DNA of 64,000 nucleotides, from assembly GCF_006345805.1 (NCBI RefSeq), contig NC_042998.1:180048001-180112000 (forward strand), written 5' to 3'. The notes below the pieces were generated by a model. It did no database searches. It was not told the DNA's origin and saw nothing but the letters and a program-made list of their open reading frames with translations. A program made the position numbers and the translations under genes. Source of the stretch: Octopus sinensis (lineage: Eukaryota). Shown here one piece after another: positions 1 through 13,230 of the stretch (position 1 is the first letter of the stretch; the number at the start of each line of letters is the position of its first letter).

Positions 1-29
1 AGTTTACATATTTATTTTGTTACCAGGAG

Positions 30-240
30 ATTTTGATGTAGCATTGATGAGTTGGTACATCTATCTGGTTGCTCTTTCAATCGAATATAGCAGCCTAAAA
101 TCTCCTTAAACCACACCGTACTTTCTTAAAAAAGGACAAATTGGATATGGTCTAGGGTACTCTAATTTTGATAAAAAGAAGACTGATGATCATTATTGCT
201 TTACATAATCAAGGCTCACTTGGAGTCAAATAATAACATC
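30..240 (-). mobile_element. Degenerate SINE-like interspersed repeat (family 4)
   Basis: TAGCAGCCTAAAATCTCCTTAAACCACACC resembles the reverse complement of the GATTTGAGAGAGGTTTGGCTGCT motif at ~58600; related remnants at ~42995-43075, ~48560-48780 and ~63790-63890. Confidence 0.45.
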
Positions 241-2540
241 TGAAAGGAACCTATGTGCCAATATAGTTGATTTTGCATTTCCCTTATTATAGCATCTTCT
301 GTGTCTGGGGAGAATCATTCTTTTTTGGTGCCTTATAATTTAACACACTCAGTCTCTTTTATTTTCCTAAAATTTTCGTTGCGTCTTGCAACCTTTTCAA
401 TAGTTTTGACTATTGTACCATATTTACTTAAAATACGTAAAGTTTTAAAAAAAGCCTATGCAGAAAATATAAATGCAACATGTAATATAGAGATCTACTA
501 AACAATTCTAAAAAGTGGCACACACGTGGAAATCCCTCAGTTAATTTTAAAACCTCCAGATTGCTGGAAGTTTATAGAGAGCTATGAAATACAAAATCTC
601 TTTTGAAACTGTATATTTTCTGGAGCATTTCACACTTGGGAGGGTATATAAAGTCCATTTATCTAGTACTAAATGTCTACTATAAGGAGAGAAAATCTTT
701 CAAACCTATCTTGATAGTTGTTATCGATTATTTTTCACTTTATGTTAAGAAATGAACGCGTCCTAGAAACAGCTACTCACAATGAGAAAATACTAGATCA
801 CTTCTCTCACCTTTTCATTGAGACTATTTTACTAAAATAACGAAAATATCTTGAAAGAAAATTGTACTTAGCAAATACTTTATACAAATTTAACGATAGA
901 ATGATCTCGGAACTGAAGTCTATGTTTAATATTATTCGGATACAGTAGAGCTACATCGGTAGCGCTTTTTCAATTTTAATATATCCTTATTTTAACATCA
1001 GAGAAAAGTGCACAGCGTTGGACTTGAACAAAGTACAGTAGTTACGTCCCCGTATATATATGCGTGGGTGTGTGTGTGTACGCATGTATTTGCGCATATG
1101 TGCGTGTGTGTGTGTGTGCGCGCAGGCATGTTTGTGTTTGCAAGTATATGTATACACACATATACACACACACATACATATAATCTTTAATTCAAAAAAT
1201 TTATTTCTGTCCTACGAATAATATAAATAATATAATATTTCAACTACAAGAATTATTTTCTTCGATTCAGTTTCCGTTTATCAGTTAATTATCTTCAAAC
1301 AATATAATATAATAATTTTATGCCTTCGATTTCGTTCTACAACTATAGCATGACATACAGAGACGGTATAATATAATAATATAGATAAAGATTTCAATAA
1401 AAAATTATTTACGTTAAAAACTCTATGCTTTATATAATGCACATTCTCTAAACAACATGAGCCCAGTACAAAAAAGAACTATAGGATATAACTGCCAAAT
1501 TGCATGCCAATCGAACAATTCCATTCAAACTTGGAGCAATTTTATCAAAAATCGACCAATTCTATTTTTACTTGCTTTTAATTCACAACGGTCGACTTCA
1601 ATGGTGACTATTTACTGTGTTCAAGACAACTATAAATATAACAATAAAGAGTCTTTGGTCAACATTTAGAATAAAGTGACATTATCTGAAAGAGATACAT
1701 CATTACATATATACTTAAAATATAAAATTTGAAAAGAAAAAATATCAAGAAAAACTATTTCTTACAAATACCAGTGTTCGCAAATGAAAATGTCGTTCTT
1801 TCTTCTGACACAATCTTTACTTTGATCTAAAGAATAAAACTCTACTTTTGTATCATGCATTGATGCATGTCTCTGCACTACAATTCAAAACAAAATTCTA
1901 ATACTAGCCACATTTAACGAATGTTTATCAAATTTTTATGATCGAACATTTTTTTTTCCATCAAAGCGAACAGTATTCTTTTAAGTAAGTTCATAGGGTA
2001 CTGAAAGTAAGTTCGAAGTGCGTCTAAGTTCGTAGTGAAATTTTTATTAAATTCTACAAATGAATGATAAATAGAATCAAAGATATCAACGGATTAATAT
2101 AGAGATTTAGGACTAATTAAATTTAAAACCACTTGGCCTAGATGGAAGATAAATTTAGCAGGCCGGAGAAATCATACTTTTTTTTAGAAATATTACCAAA
2201 ATAACATTATTCACAGAATATCACAGAATATCAAAGCTATAAGTTATTCAGGAAATGAAAAAGGAAAAAAAAACCCTACAGCCTTTAGTGTCATAGATAC
2301 AAGCTCTAATTCACTCTCTTAGATACTAAATTTATTAAAATGAATAATCTAAGCAGCTGGCGCGTCTTTAAAATTATTATAAAGATTGAATCGACTTAAT
2401 TAGCAATTATAATTTATCGTTCAATTCTGCGCAAATTCGAATCAACTACTTCTGACTTGTTCTATTCCATACGAAGCAGCAGTGAAAGAAGACAAAAAAT
2501 TCTTCATGAATTTTTCCAACTGAGTTGAACATTGAAAAGA

Positions 2541-3426
2541 TTTATTAATTATGGATTATTAAGAGAACGTGTGAAACAGTGAATTCATAGTGAAATTTCA
2601 CCATTGATGTTGACAATTATTTGCAAGTTGAGAATAGTATGTCATATAACTTGTATGTTAACGGCAATACCGTGTGTTAATTCAAGTTGTTGATGAAAGC
2701 CATGATGTAAAGAAAACAGACAGTGGAGGCTATACAATTCAATACATTGTTGGACAGAATGTGCAACAGACTGTAACAGATTACTGAGATGTGCCAGCTC
2801 TAGGATTTCAGAAAATCAAAGAGCCACAGATGTCCGCCATTAAGTATTCAATATCAGTTGGCTATTGGAAGTTTTGGCTTGCTTAATTTTGGATTATAAG
2901 ATATGATTTCAATCACACTTTGACGACTTAAGATATGGTGTGACTGGATTTACTTTTATTGAGATCTGCAATATCAAACTTGTCATTCCTTTTTGGAGAC
3001 ATAATTTGGGGAGGAATGTTGCAGCTTCTTCTCGGAGGTGGAACGCCCGTGTAGAAAAATCACGATAAACATTACTGTTAGTATCAGTGTTGCTTGTTAT
3101 TGCAAGTTGCGACATTGTATTAGAGATACACATTTTGAATACAGAATCGTTGTATCTCCGAGAAGTAAAAATGCATTGAGTGTTTGCGATATTATCCTTT
3201 TTTACATGTACCTTCTCTCTAATATCAAATTTATGACCACTCAACACATATTCTTATAATTCGATATTCATGGTGACAGCTAAAATTAATCTCTCATTCG
3301 TTTGTAAATCCCCGCCTCTTCTGTCAGGCAATCTTATAGACATTTCTTCATATCCGTCAATGTCTAGTGGCACATTCATTTATTACATATTCCTTTCATA
3401 AAATAATTTGCAACAAACCACATAGA
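2541..3426 (+). pseudogene. Decayed intronless class A (peptide-receptor/Srw-like) GPCR relic
   Basis: One frame with scattered stops reads EISPLMLTIICKLRIVCHITCMLT (TM1-like, cf. LGIVGNI), FTFIEICNIKLVIPFWRHNLGR (TM5-like), EKSR*TLLLVSVLLVIASCD (TM6-like) and MSSGTFIYYIFLS*NNLQQT (TM7/helix 8-like). Recognised by eye only. Confidence 0.5.
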
Positions 3427-3603
3427 GAAAAGTCGATCGATATGTTTCGACGAAAAGTGACTTGCATCATAGAGTTGAGATCAAACTTTTTGGTTGATGC
3501 AAATCTGTAGGCAGTTACTAACCCTGAAAGATATATTATTTCTCCATATCTATCAAAATATTATGATTTGATGTACATTTGTTGAAATATAGCTTTGTAT
3601 CTA

Positions 3604-3639
<36 letters not shown>

Positions 3640-4111
3640 AATCCAAGGTGGAAAGTTAGTATCCAATGATAAATATTGCCTATGAGAAATAGAGCCAAAT
3701 TTTAAATATTTAAGTCGAATCGAATACATAGTTTGTTTCTTTCAATTATGTTGCGATCACTTCTTTTACTGCTAAGCTCAGTTCCACGTGGCAATCCCAA
3801 CTTCACAGTGAAAGATAATAACATCGACCGAAAGATGTTTTAATTAGGTGCTTAGTGTGACTGGAGTCGAACTTTGCAATCATAAATATGTTTTCCACGA
3901 ACAAAGTATTGTACCACTTTCATTTCTAAATACAAAGGCAAAATATTTCTTGGGAAAGTGAATGAATTTTAACGCAGATTTAAGGAATATTACGATTTTG
4001 CCGCCATAGGCGTTTAAGCTTTTGCCCCCACGGTATTCGCCACAAGCAAAAATATGTTAATGTTTTATCGCTTACTTTAATCTGTCAATGGGCTTCAGCC
4101 TTGCTGGGGCA

Positions 4112-4455
4112 TCTGCGGTCTCAAATACTTCAGAGGTCAACTTTGCCTTTCAGCCATTCGGTTCGAAAAAAAATTCCAATTCAATACAGGAGTTAATTGC
4201 TCTCTCGCATTCTCTCTCTCTCTGTGTTTCTGTCTGTCTGTCTGTCTCTGTCTGTCTCTCTTTTTCTCTGTCTCTCTCTTCTCCCCTTCTCTCTGGGTAG
4301 TACCTTCAATTTAGATGTCCAGCTAGGCCCTATGGATTGTGTTATGCTGATTCGGCTTGAGAACTACATTATGAATACATGTAATTATGGAATATTTAGC
4401 CGCTTACATGTTCATTACATGTGGTCAAACGAGTGCTCGTCGTCGAGACCGACGG
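4112..4455 (+). repeat. Left arm of a ~340-bp inverted duplication (decayed SINE pieces plus a CT tract)
   Basis: Reverse complement of 5864-6193, e.g. CCGCTTACATGTTCATTACATGTGGTCAAACGAGTGCTC vs GAGCACTCGTTTGACCACATGTAATGAACATGTAAGCGG. Confidence 0.85.
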
Positions 4456-4831
4456 GTTCTTGTCGAATAGATCACCACCAGCACTTATTTTTTTTATATC
4501 TGTTACTTATTCTATCAGCCTCCTTTGCAGAACCGCTAGGTTATGGAGACGTAAATAAACGCACACTGGTTGTCAAATGGGTAGGAGAACAAAGGTATAA
4601 AGAGACATACGCACATAAGTATGTATGAATGTATATATATATATATATAAGAATGGATGGTATTATTAAAATACCATCGCGCGTGGCAAGCGAGGTTATC
4701 AGCCGTACAGGCAATTTAATAAAATATATAATACAGTATATATGTACTTATATATACATATACATATACATACATGCATACATGAATACATGCATACATA
4801 CATACATACATATATATGTATATGTGTATAT

Positions 4832-4903
<72 letters not shown>

Positions 4904-5863
4904 TATATGTATTTGTATATGTCGGGCTTTCGCACAGTTTCTGCATTCCTGTATGCTAAATTTACTCGCAAGTCGTTGGGGTTATATAGTAGAAGAGACT
5001 CGCTCAGGATGCCGTGCAAAGAGATTAAGCCAGAAACTATCTGCTTACAAAGTGAGTTTCTTAGCCACACTGCCAATACCAGCGCCTAAATGGCAGCAAT
5101 GGCAACGGAAAAAAGTTTAAAAACATATAATAAAGAAAGATACAGTGATTCTGTAAACATTTTCTTGTTGAAGACAGTTAAATATATATCTTACTAGATG
5201 CTGTATGAAAGTCACATAAACTTATTCTGAAAACCAAATCAATATTAATGAATACCAAATGAGAAAAAGACAACCTTAATTTCATGTTTACTCTACAGCA
5301 AGCAATGTGTGGGTAAAAAAGAAGTTGATTTATTCAGTTTGTATTATAGCTGATTATTTATTAAAAAGCTGTTTGTAGATATCACCATGTTCTTCAAAAC
5401 CCAATAATTACAGCGATAATTGTTTTGTTTTATTTAAAATAAAACTTTCAGTGTATATTATTTCGGGATAAATTCACTTATAAACGTGCATTTGTGTTTC
5501 AGCAACACGTTTTTGCTTTTATAAGACTGTGATAGTTATTTGAAACTGTCAATGTTTGCATAAACGATATAAAGATGTAAACAGTTTGTTTGATATTGTT
5601 TTTATATATTTTAATTATGCTGAAATATATATGCTCCGCAAGAACTTTGCCACAAATCCTATTTATCAAATCAACTTCATTGCAGCATTTTCTTGATCTC
5701 GAATCTAAACTCTACAACATGGCAGTTGTGCTCATATGCACATACAATCTTTATACAGCTTTTATATTTTATAGCGACTTTTTCATTTTATAGTTTCTTG
5801 TCCATTTTCTAGTTATTTATTATCAAATCCGTAGTGATTAAATTAGCTGAAACAATGGATTAT

Positions 5864-6193
5864 CCGTCGGTTTCGACGATGAGCACTCGTTTGACCACAT
5901 GTAATGAACATGTAAGCGGCTGAATATTCCATAAGCACATGTATTCATAATGTAGTTCTCAACGCCAGAGGGCATAGCTGGACATCAAAATTGAAGGTAC
6001 AACCCCGAGAGAAGGGGGAAGAGAGAAAGAGAGAGAGAGAGAGAGAGGAAGACAGAGACAGAGACAGAGAGAGAGAAAGAGGGGGAGAGAGAGAATGCAA
6101 GAGAGCAATCAACTCCTGTATTGAATTGGACTTTTTTTCTAACCCGAATGGCTGAAAGACAAAGTTGGCATCTGAGGTATTTGAAACCGCAGA
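5864..6193 (-). repeat. Right arm of the ~340-bp inverted duplication
   Basis: Same composite order as 4112-4455 in the opposite orientation; about 1.4 kb spacer. Confidence 0.85.
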
Positions 6194-7919
6194 GTAGAAA
6201 GCTGGAATGAATAAAGACCTACCTCAGTAGACTTTTTTTTCATTCGACTCAGATCAATATAACAAACACAAGATCAAAAAAATCTAATTGTAATATACGT
6301 AAGGTTATATCTCACGTAACACGGCATCATTACCATTGAAATCTCACCAGGAAAATTGTACCCGAATTATCATTACATATAATGCAATGTAACAGTATGT
6401 TGGGCTTTTATAAAATCTATTTATATTTGGAGACAATACATCTTTAGATCATACAACTAATATTGGCAAACATTATCTGTTGAATGAAAAAGTTTTAAAC
6501 TTAGCCATTACAACCAAATGAAATCTAGTACAAAATAATATATTTCTGTTTATTCAAGAATTTAATTTGAAGCATTACGTGACAAAATATTTCCAAGAAT
6601 TTATGTGGTCAATTAAATATAAGAGTTACATTGGCGAGAGTGGTTAAGACATTTTTGGCATAAGAATGAATGGCATTCGTAAAATTGTATAAGACAGAAT
6701 TAAATATTTAGTAAATTCAAATTACTGTTTATAACAGCTAGATGTAAAGGAAGTAAACAATAGACGATTGTCAAATTTTATTGAATATAGGGCAATATAT
6801 AGTTTGGAATTGGATTTTTGTCAAGGTTGACAGTGTTACACACCGGCTGAACTTTCAAACAGGCTTCCGGCTATTATTAAATTACTTTATATTTTCTAAC
6901 TGCTTTAGCTATTTTATATTGTGGTAAACTCAAACGGACCGGAACATTAGGTGTCGAAAGAGAAAACTTAATTATGAAGCAGGCGTCGATAGTCTTTATA
7001 TTTTGCCAGTGAAAATACATGATATGGTATCGAATGTTTGAAACATTATTGGCAAATGCTTATCTCAAGGCTATTTTATTGCATACAATTACTGCGACTA
7101 TCACTCAAAACAATCGTTAATTATTTCCGCCTTGGTTGTATGCGTTCTGCCCTATTTTCCATAATTTGTAATATCTTCTCTAGTATTGCATTGATTTGAC
7201 AAAATAACAGTTTATTCACAAGTTTTCATTAACTTTCAGTCGCCTGTCTCACTCATTGTGTAAATGCAGCCGATTGTTATTTCCCCCTGAATTCAATAAT
7301 ATCTTGCAACGTCACAATGCCTAGCTGGTTTGGATATTAGTTTCTCGGTTTATGGATCGGTAGTTTGAACAATTTGTGTGCTCTGCTTAAATGAACAAGG
7401 AAGAGAAGATATATATTTCCAGGTTTCGTGGTTAGAAGAAAGCATCAAAGGAGCTGGGCTGAGCAATATGAACGCTTTTACTAAGTTTTCTGACTTATAG
7501 CTGTTAGGATAGAATGAAGAATGTGTATATCTTTGTAGCATGTTCGAGACATAAGTATTCGAATCATAAAATTCAAATTAATGGTTGAAAGTTTGACATG
7601 TTTTTGCATGGTAAGCAAGATTGCTTTTTCCTCTTTTAATCGCACTTTAATAATGACAAAAACAAGGACTCAACCTAAGCATATTACACATTTTATCGGT
7701 ACAAGGATAACGAAACTCACTGCTGAGCTCAAAAGTTGTGATTTTTAAATATATTTTCTAGACTAAAGAAAATACACAATAAGCTTAGAAATAATTCTAC
7801 AGGATATGCGATAGCTCCTGCACTGACGACCCTAATCCATATAACTTTGTATTGACTGTAATCAAAAAGCAATTAGATTAAATATTCTACAGTAACGCAC
7901 AAGATCATAATGGTTTAAA

Positions 7920-8095
7920 ATTTTGGCACAACGCCAACAAGTTTGAGGGAGTGGGTAAGTCAATTTCATCGACCCCGAAAGAATGAAAAGTAAAGTTGAC
8001 CTCGGAGGGAATTTGAACCCTGAATGTAAAGACGGACGAAATGCTGCTAAGCATTTTGCCCGGTGTGCTAACGATTCTATCAGTTCGCCGCCTTA
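7920..8095 (-). mobile_element. tRNA-derived SINE, family 2 (Nin-domain-like)
   Basis: CGACCCCGAAAGAATGAAAAGTAAAGTTGACCTCGG...GCTAACGATTCT...CGCCGCC matches the copies at 19659, 26177, 41190 and 60290. Confidence 0.8.
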
Positions 8096-8507
8096 CGTAG
8101 ATGATAATATCTATAACGTAATCTAGTGTATCAGCTCAATGCCACAGCTATAACAACAATGAAATAAGGCGCAAAATATGCAATCAAACCGTCAGCACAT
8201 TGTATTGTAAACGAGAATACTTAAATCCTGTGTGTTAGGCTGAGTGGCTGGTTTGTTTGCAATTCTTTGCAATCAACCGATCTTGTTCTCAACAACTGAC
8301 TTAGACTATCTAAATCATTATCTGCATATTTATATGTAGAAAAACCGAGTTATCGAAATTACCGGTAATAATTTTGATGCATTGACTATATTGTAATTTA
8401 TGAAACCCTAATAAGATCCCCAATAATCTCCATTCATTTGGATAGCAAAAAAAAAAACCGCGCTAAATTTTACGCTTTAGGGGAAATATTTTCGGTTTTA
8501 CAAACCA

Positions 8508-8569
8508 TATAAGAGCAGTTGCAGTCTGTATAAGAGCAGTTGCAGTGTGTATAAGAGCAGTTGCAGTCT
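8508..8569. repeat. 21-bp minisatellite, 3 copies
   Basis: TATAAGAGCAGTTGCAGT(C/G)TG repeated about three times. Confidence 0.9.
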
Positions 8570-9227
8570 AGAAATTTTGAAACTTCTTTAAACCATGCGT
8601 GTGGAATTAGGTTCATATTATTACTATAGACCACTGCTCCAAGATAAAAGCCCACCCAAACAAATCTTCATTAAAGTTAAAATTCGGTTAACGGCTTTAA
8701 AAAAACTGATGCTTTATAAGTGATATTATATCAGTTACACTGGTTTGGTAAGATCATGTTTTTGCAATGATGTTGAGCAAATAGCTCAATATCTGTGATA
8801 CTTCGTGAGTGATGTTGCGGGATTTTGCGTTGCGTTCTTGTTTGTGGTAATGAGGTTGTGGCAGCAGTGATGCGTAAATAATCAATATATAATTCTTTAA
8901 TTTTAATTGAATAACATTATATTATTTTACTTGAAGGGACATAAAAGAAAAAAAATAGTGAAACATTTCTCCCTCGATAGTAAAATAACATTTAGTTATC
9001 AGATTTGGTCGGTTAGTGATGACCGGCGTCTGTAGGAATCGGTTTGGCGCCTTTATGTCAATTCTAAATTAGTCTGGTGACCTAAGTCCAGTGTGAGATT
9101 ACCTAATTCCATGAAATTTATTACCCATTATTATTTTAGCAGCCAGCCATAAATGATAAAATAAAGTTTGGAAATAAAAGTAATGAAAAAGGAAGAGATA
9201 TGAGAAATTGTGATAGCGGGAAAAAAA

Positions 9228-9229
9228 GC

Positions 9230-9267
<38 letters not shown>

Positions 9268-9363
9268 GGGGGAAACGTGGAAAGAATATCATGAAACAAT
9301 ACTGTGTGAGAGAGAGAGAGAGAGACTGAGAGAGAGAGAAAGAAAGAGAAAGAGTGTGAGACA

Positions 9364-9410
<47 letters not shown>

Positions 9411-9445
9411 GAAGAAAAAAGAGAAAGAGAGAGAGAGAGAGAGAA
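9228..9445. repeat. (GA)n/(GAAA)n compound microsatellite
   Basis: Directly visible. Confidence 0.95.
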
Positions 9446-10779
9446 GACAAAGTGAGCAGTAGACTGATTGTGTTGTGAGAATGCTGTTGTGTGAGTGAAC
9501 GATGGCTTTGGTTTCGTGGTACGGTAAAGTCATCCAGGCGAGGTTGGTTATGTGTGCAATCTTATTTTAACAGTTATGTGGAGGTAACAGTGTAGAAGTG
9601 GTGTTGAGGTGTTCTTCACCAGAGCAGAAATGATGCTGTGGAGATATGGAGTATTTTAACAAAGGGTATGTTTAACCCTTGAGTTCAAGGACAGCTTGTC
9701 AGGGTAGCGTTTGTTCTACCCACAAAATAATCGTGTTAAAAGTAGTAAAGAATAAGCATAGGCGTTCACTTGTCGGACAACTATAATCTGTTCCTTAAAT
9801 AACAGCGAAGTAAGTACAACAGTATTGTTTTATGTATTAAATAATCCGACAAAATTATAACACATGAACATCGATAAAAATACAAAACAAAAAATGAATT
9901 AAGAAATGAAATATATGAGGCGATAAAGGTCACGGGGTGAAGGAGTATTTCATTGTCTGACAAGAGATAGATGCAAGAATAAATCCCATTGTTTTCTAAC
10001 TAGACAATCGTGTCGTGCTTAGAGTCTACATAGTTAATTTGTAAACGATCACTTAGCATGGCTTGCTTCCCCTATAGCTTAAGAAATATTGTCTTATCTC
10101 TTTAAATGTTATCGCTGTAAAATAAATTATTTCGTATAAGGGGTCGACTCAAAGGTATACATTTCCATTTTATCATTAACTTATATTTTATGTTCGTGGT
10201 AAATAACGAAATTCAAAGTACGTGTAAACCTTTGAAGTTTGCCGATTAAAAGTAATTTCTAACACAGAGCAAAGTGCACTTCAAAAACGACCATAATAAG
10301 AAAGGAGGTCCTTATAACATTTAAATGTCTTGATTAAATGTCTGAGACAAGTTGTTGTTAATAAGGTTATACTTTTTGGACTATTAACCCCTTCTTTAGC
10401 GATGAAACATTGTAAAACATTTCGATATACGCTACGTTTTGATTGATATGATATCCGATCGCATTGTACAGGTGACAGAGATATGGTGGGTTAAAAAAAA
10501 ACATTAACTTAGTTTTGAGAGAAAGGTTCCAAGTTTGGATCCAGTTCGGTATTATGTAAATTACTAAGAATAAAATACTAAATAACGATCGGAAATCAAA
10601 TCGACCCGGTCGTATTAAAAGATATGCCGTCTCATTTGAGAAACTATAAATTAGAAATACATACAGCAAATAATTTATGATAATATAGCAAATGGATTAC
10701 AAAATGTAAAGGAAACTACGCAAAACCTATTATCCACCACACCACGATCATATTATTTACTCTGTCTCTCCCTGCATAT

Positions 10780-11000
<221 letters not shown>

Positions 11001-11005
11001 TATAC

Positions 11006-11342
11006 ACGCATGGCTCAGTGGTTAGAGCGTCGAGCTTACGATCGTGAGGTTGTGAGCTCGAATCCCGGACCGGGCTGCGTGTTGTGTTCTTGAGCAAGGC
11101 ACTTTATTTCACGTTGCTCCAGTTCACTCAGCTGTAGAAATGAGTTGCGACGTCACAGGTGCCAAGCTGTATCGACCTTTGTCTTTCCCTTGGATAACAC
11201 TGGTGGCGTGGAGAGGGGAGGCTGGTATGCATGGGTGACTGCTGGTCTTCCATAAACAACCTTGCCCAGACTTGTGTCTAGGAGGGTAACTTTCTAGGTG
11301 CAATCCCATGGTCATTCATGACCGAAGGGGGTCTTTACCCCT
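11006..11342 (+). mobile_element. tRNA-derived CORE-type SINE, family 3, near full length
   Basis: Pol III A box TGGCTCAGTGG, B-box-like GAGCTCGAATCCC and CORE-like TTCTTGAGCAAGGCACTT; homologous to 45940-46260 (-), 20372-20632 (-) and 43425-43725 (+). Confidence 0.85.
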
Positions 11343-12699
11343 TTATACACGCACGAATGCACGCACATACACGCTCACACACACATATACCAGTATGTTT
11401 CCAGTAAACAAACAGGATATAACTTTAGCAGTGGAAGGTGAGGACATTTTTATTTCGACATCTTTGTCTTTCTGTTTTCTTACGATTGTGGATCTTGTGA
11501 TTCTCATCACCAGCTCCGCAATCATATCATTATAACCATATGATTATAAAATAATTATTTTATTATTCATTATTTTTTGTTATAAAGTTTAAGCATTTAT
11601 ATAGCAGTTTTTCAATAATCAGGTATGATTAGATATAGAGTGCTCTGTTGTGTCTCGTATCTGCGTTAATAAACAGTTTGTTAATAAACAGTTTGGTCCT
11701 TAATTGCGTAAGAGCATTGCATCTGTTGAATTGTGAAAGCTGACCTTGGCAAAAAGATTATAGTATGAAAAGCTATTAAAAATCGCATCAACAATATGGG
11801 AGTAGCAAATCACTTTCTGTGAAAACTATTTGGAAGTATTGACTAAGAGTTATAAAGAAGTTAAGGAAAAAATAATTGTCTTTAATGTAATACTCGACAG
11901 TTATTAATTATTTATCTAAGAGATTTAAACAGTTATAAAGCTTCAATAACACATGCGGGTTTTCTTTTAATTGCACAACAGTTTTGCCAAATAAACTAAA
12001 CTGATTTGCATGTCAAAGTTTGAAGGATTAGTTACGAAAATAGTGATATCAATCTCTTGATTCGTATAGATTGTTCACAAAAAATGATTTCCTGGAAATT
12101 CAAAGATTCTCCCAGTAACAAAGTTACATTGAGAATTATACTTATAAGTAGCAGTGAGAACAAAACATTAGTAAAGTAAAACTTATAAAGGCAAAAATGC
12201 AATCGTCTACATCCAGAAATCATTTATAATTTTTGATTATTTTTGTCAATAGGCACTGAACGTCTAAAAAAGATATGCTGTGACAGAAAATGTTATGATA
12301 CTGTTTGCTGACGTACATTGGAAAAAGAATGTATTAGTTAATATTTATAGTATAAACATTAAGAGCAGTTGATAAAGTATGTTAATCATATTATTGAAAT
12401 TATAAGGAAAATCAGTTAAATCTGCAGGAGATGGACAGGTTCTTCCTTATTTAATCATCTAATTATTGTCCACAAAGTGCTTGTTGGAAATAAAAATATA
12501 TAACTTGAAGCACATTTATAATTTCACCCTGGTGACTGCAGAAAGGTCAGCCTATACACTCTTGATATTTTGTCTCTAGCATGCCGTCGAGTCCTTAAGC
12601 GATACAAACCACTCATATGAAAAAGTCGAGTCTGTCAAGCATGCTTGAATCGAGTTTTACATACGCGCCCATATATGCCTCTGTGTATGTCTGTGTGCG

Positions 12700-12704
12700 T
12701 ATGC

Positions 12705-12761
<57 letters not shown>

Positions 12762-12820
12762 TGTGTGTACATACACATAAACACACTCACTCACACACAC
12801 ATTCACACACACACACACAT

Positions 12821-12893
<73 letters not shown>

Positions 12894-13116
12894 TGTGTGA
12901 ATGTGTGTGTGAGTGAGTGTGTTTATGTGTATGTACACACAGACATACGCATTTATGCGTGTGTGTGTATGCATACACATCTTTATACACGCATACACTT
13001 ATATATGTGCGTTACATTTCTTCTGGATATTGCTGACAAAGCGGTAGGTTTCGGAGCTGTACAGCGTTGTAGAGGCAGACATGAAGATACACATTCACAC
13101 ACACTCACCTGTACAT

Positions 13117-13147
<31 letters not shown>

Positions 13148-13190
13148 TATGCATATGTGTGTATACATGCATTATGAATGTATGTATGCA

Positions 13191-13230
<40 letters not shown>

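Noticed and set aside
7080-7320. TM6-like peptide KQSLIISALVVCVLPYFP
   Set aside because: One short hydrophobic stretch among many stops; compatible with chance in AT-rich DNA.
8508-8569. Short direct repeats that could suggest a CRISPR array
   Set aside because: Head-to-tail 21-bp units without unique spacers, in eukaryotic DNA with no cas genes.
11006-11075. tRNA-like sequence with A and B boxes
   Set aside because: Continues directly into a CORE-type SINE body and has dispersed homologs; a SINE head, not a tRNA gene.
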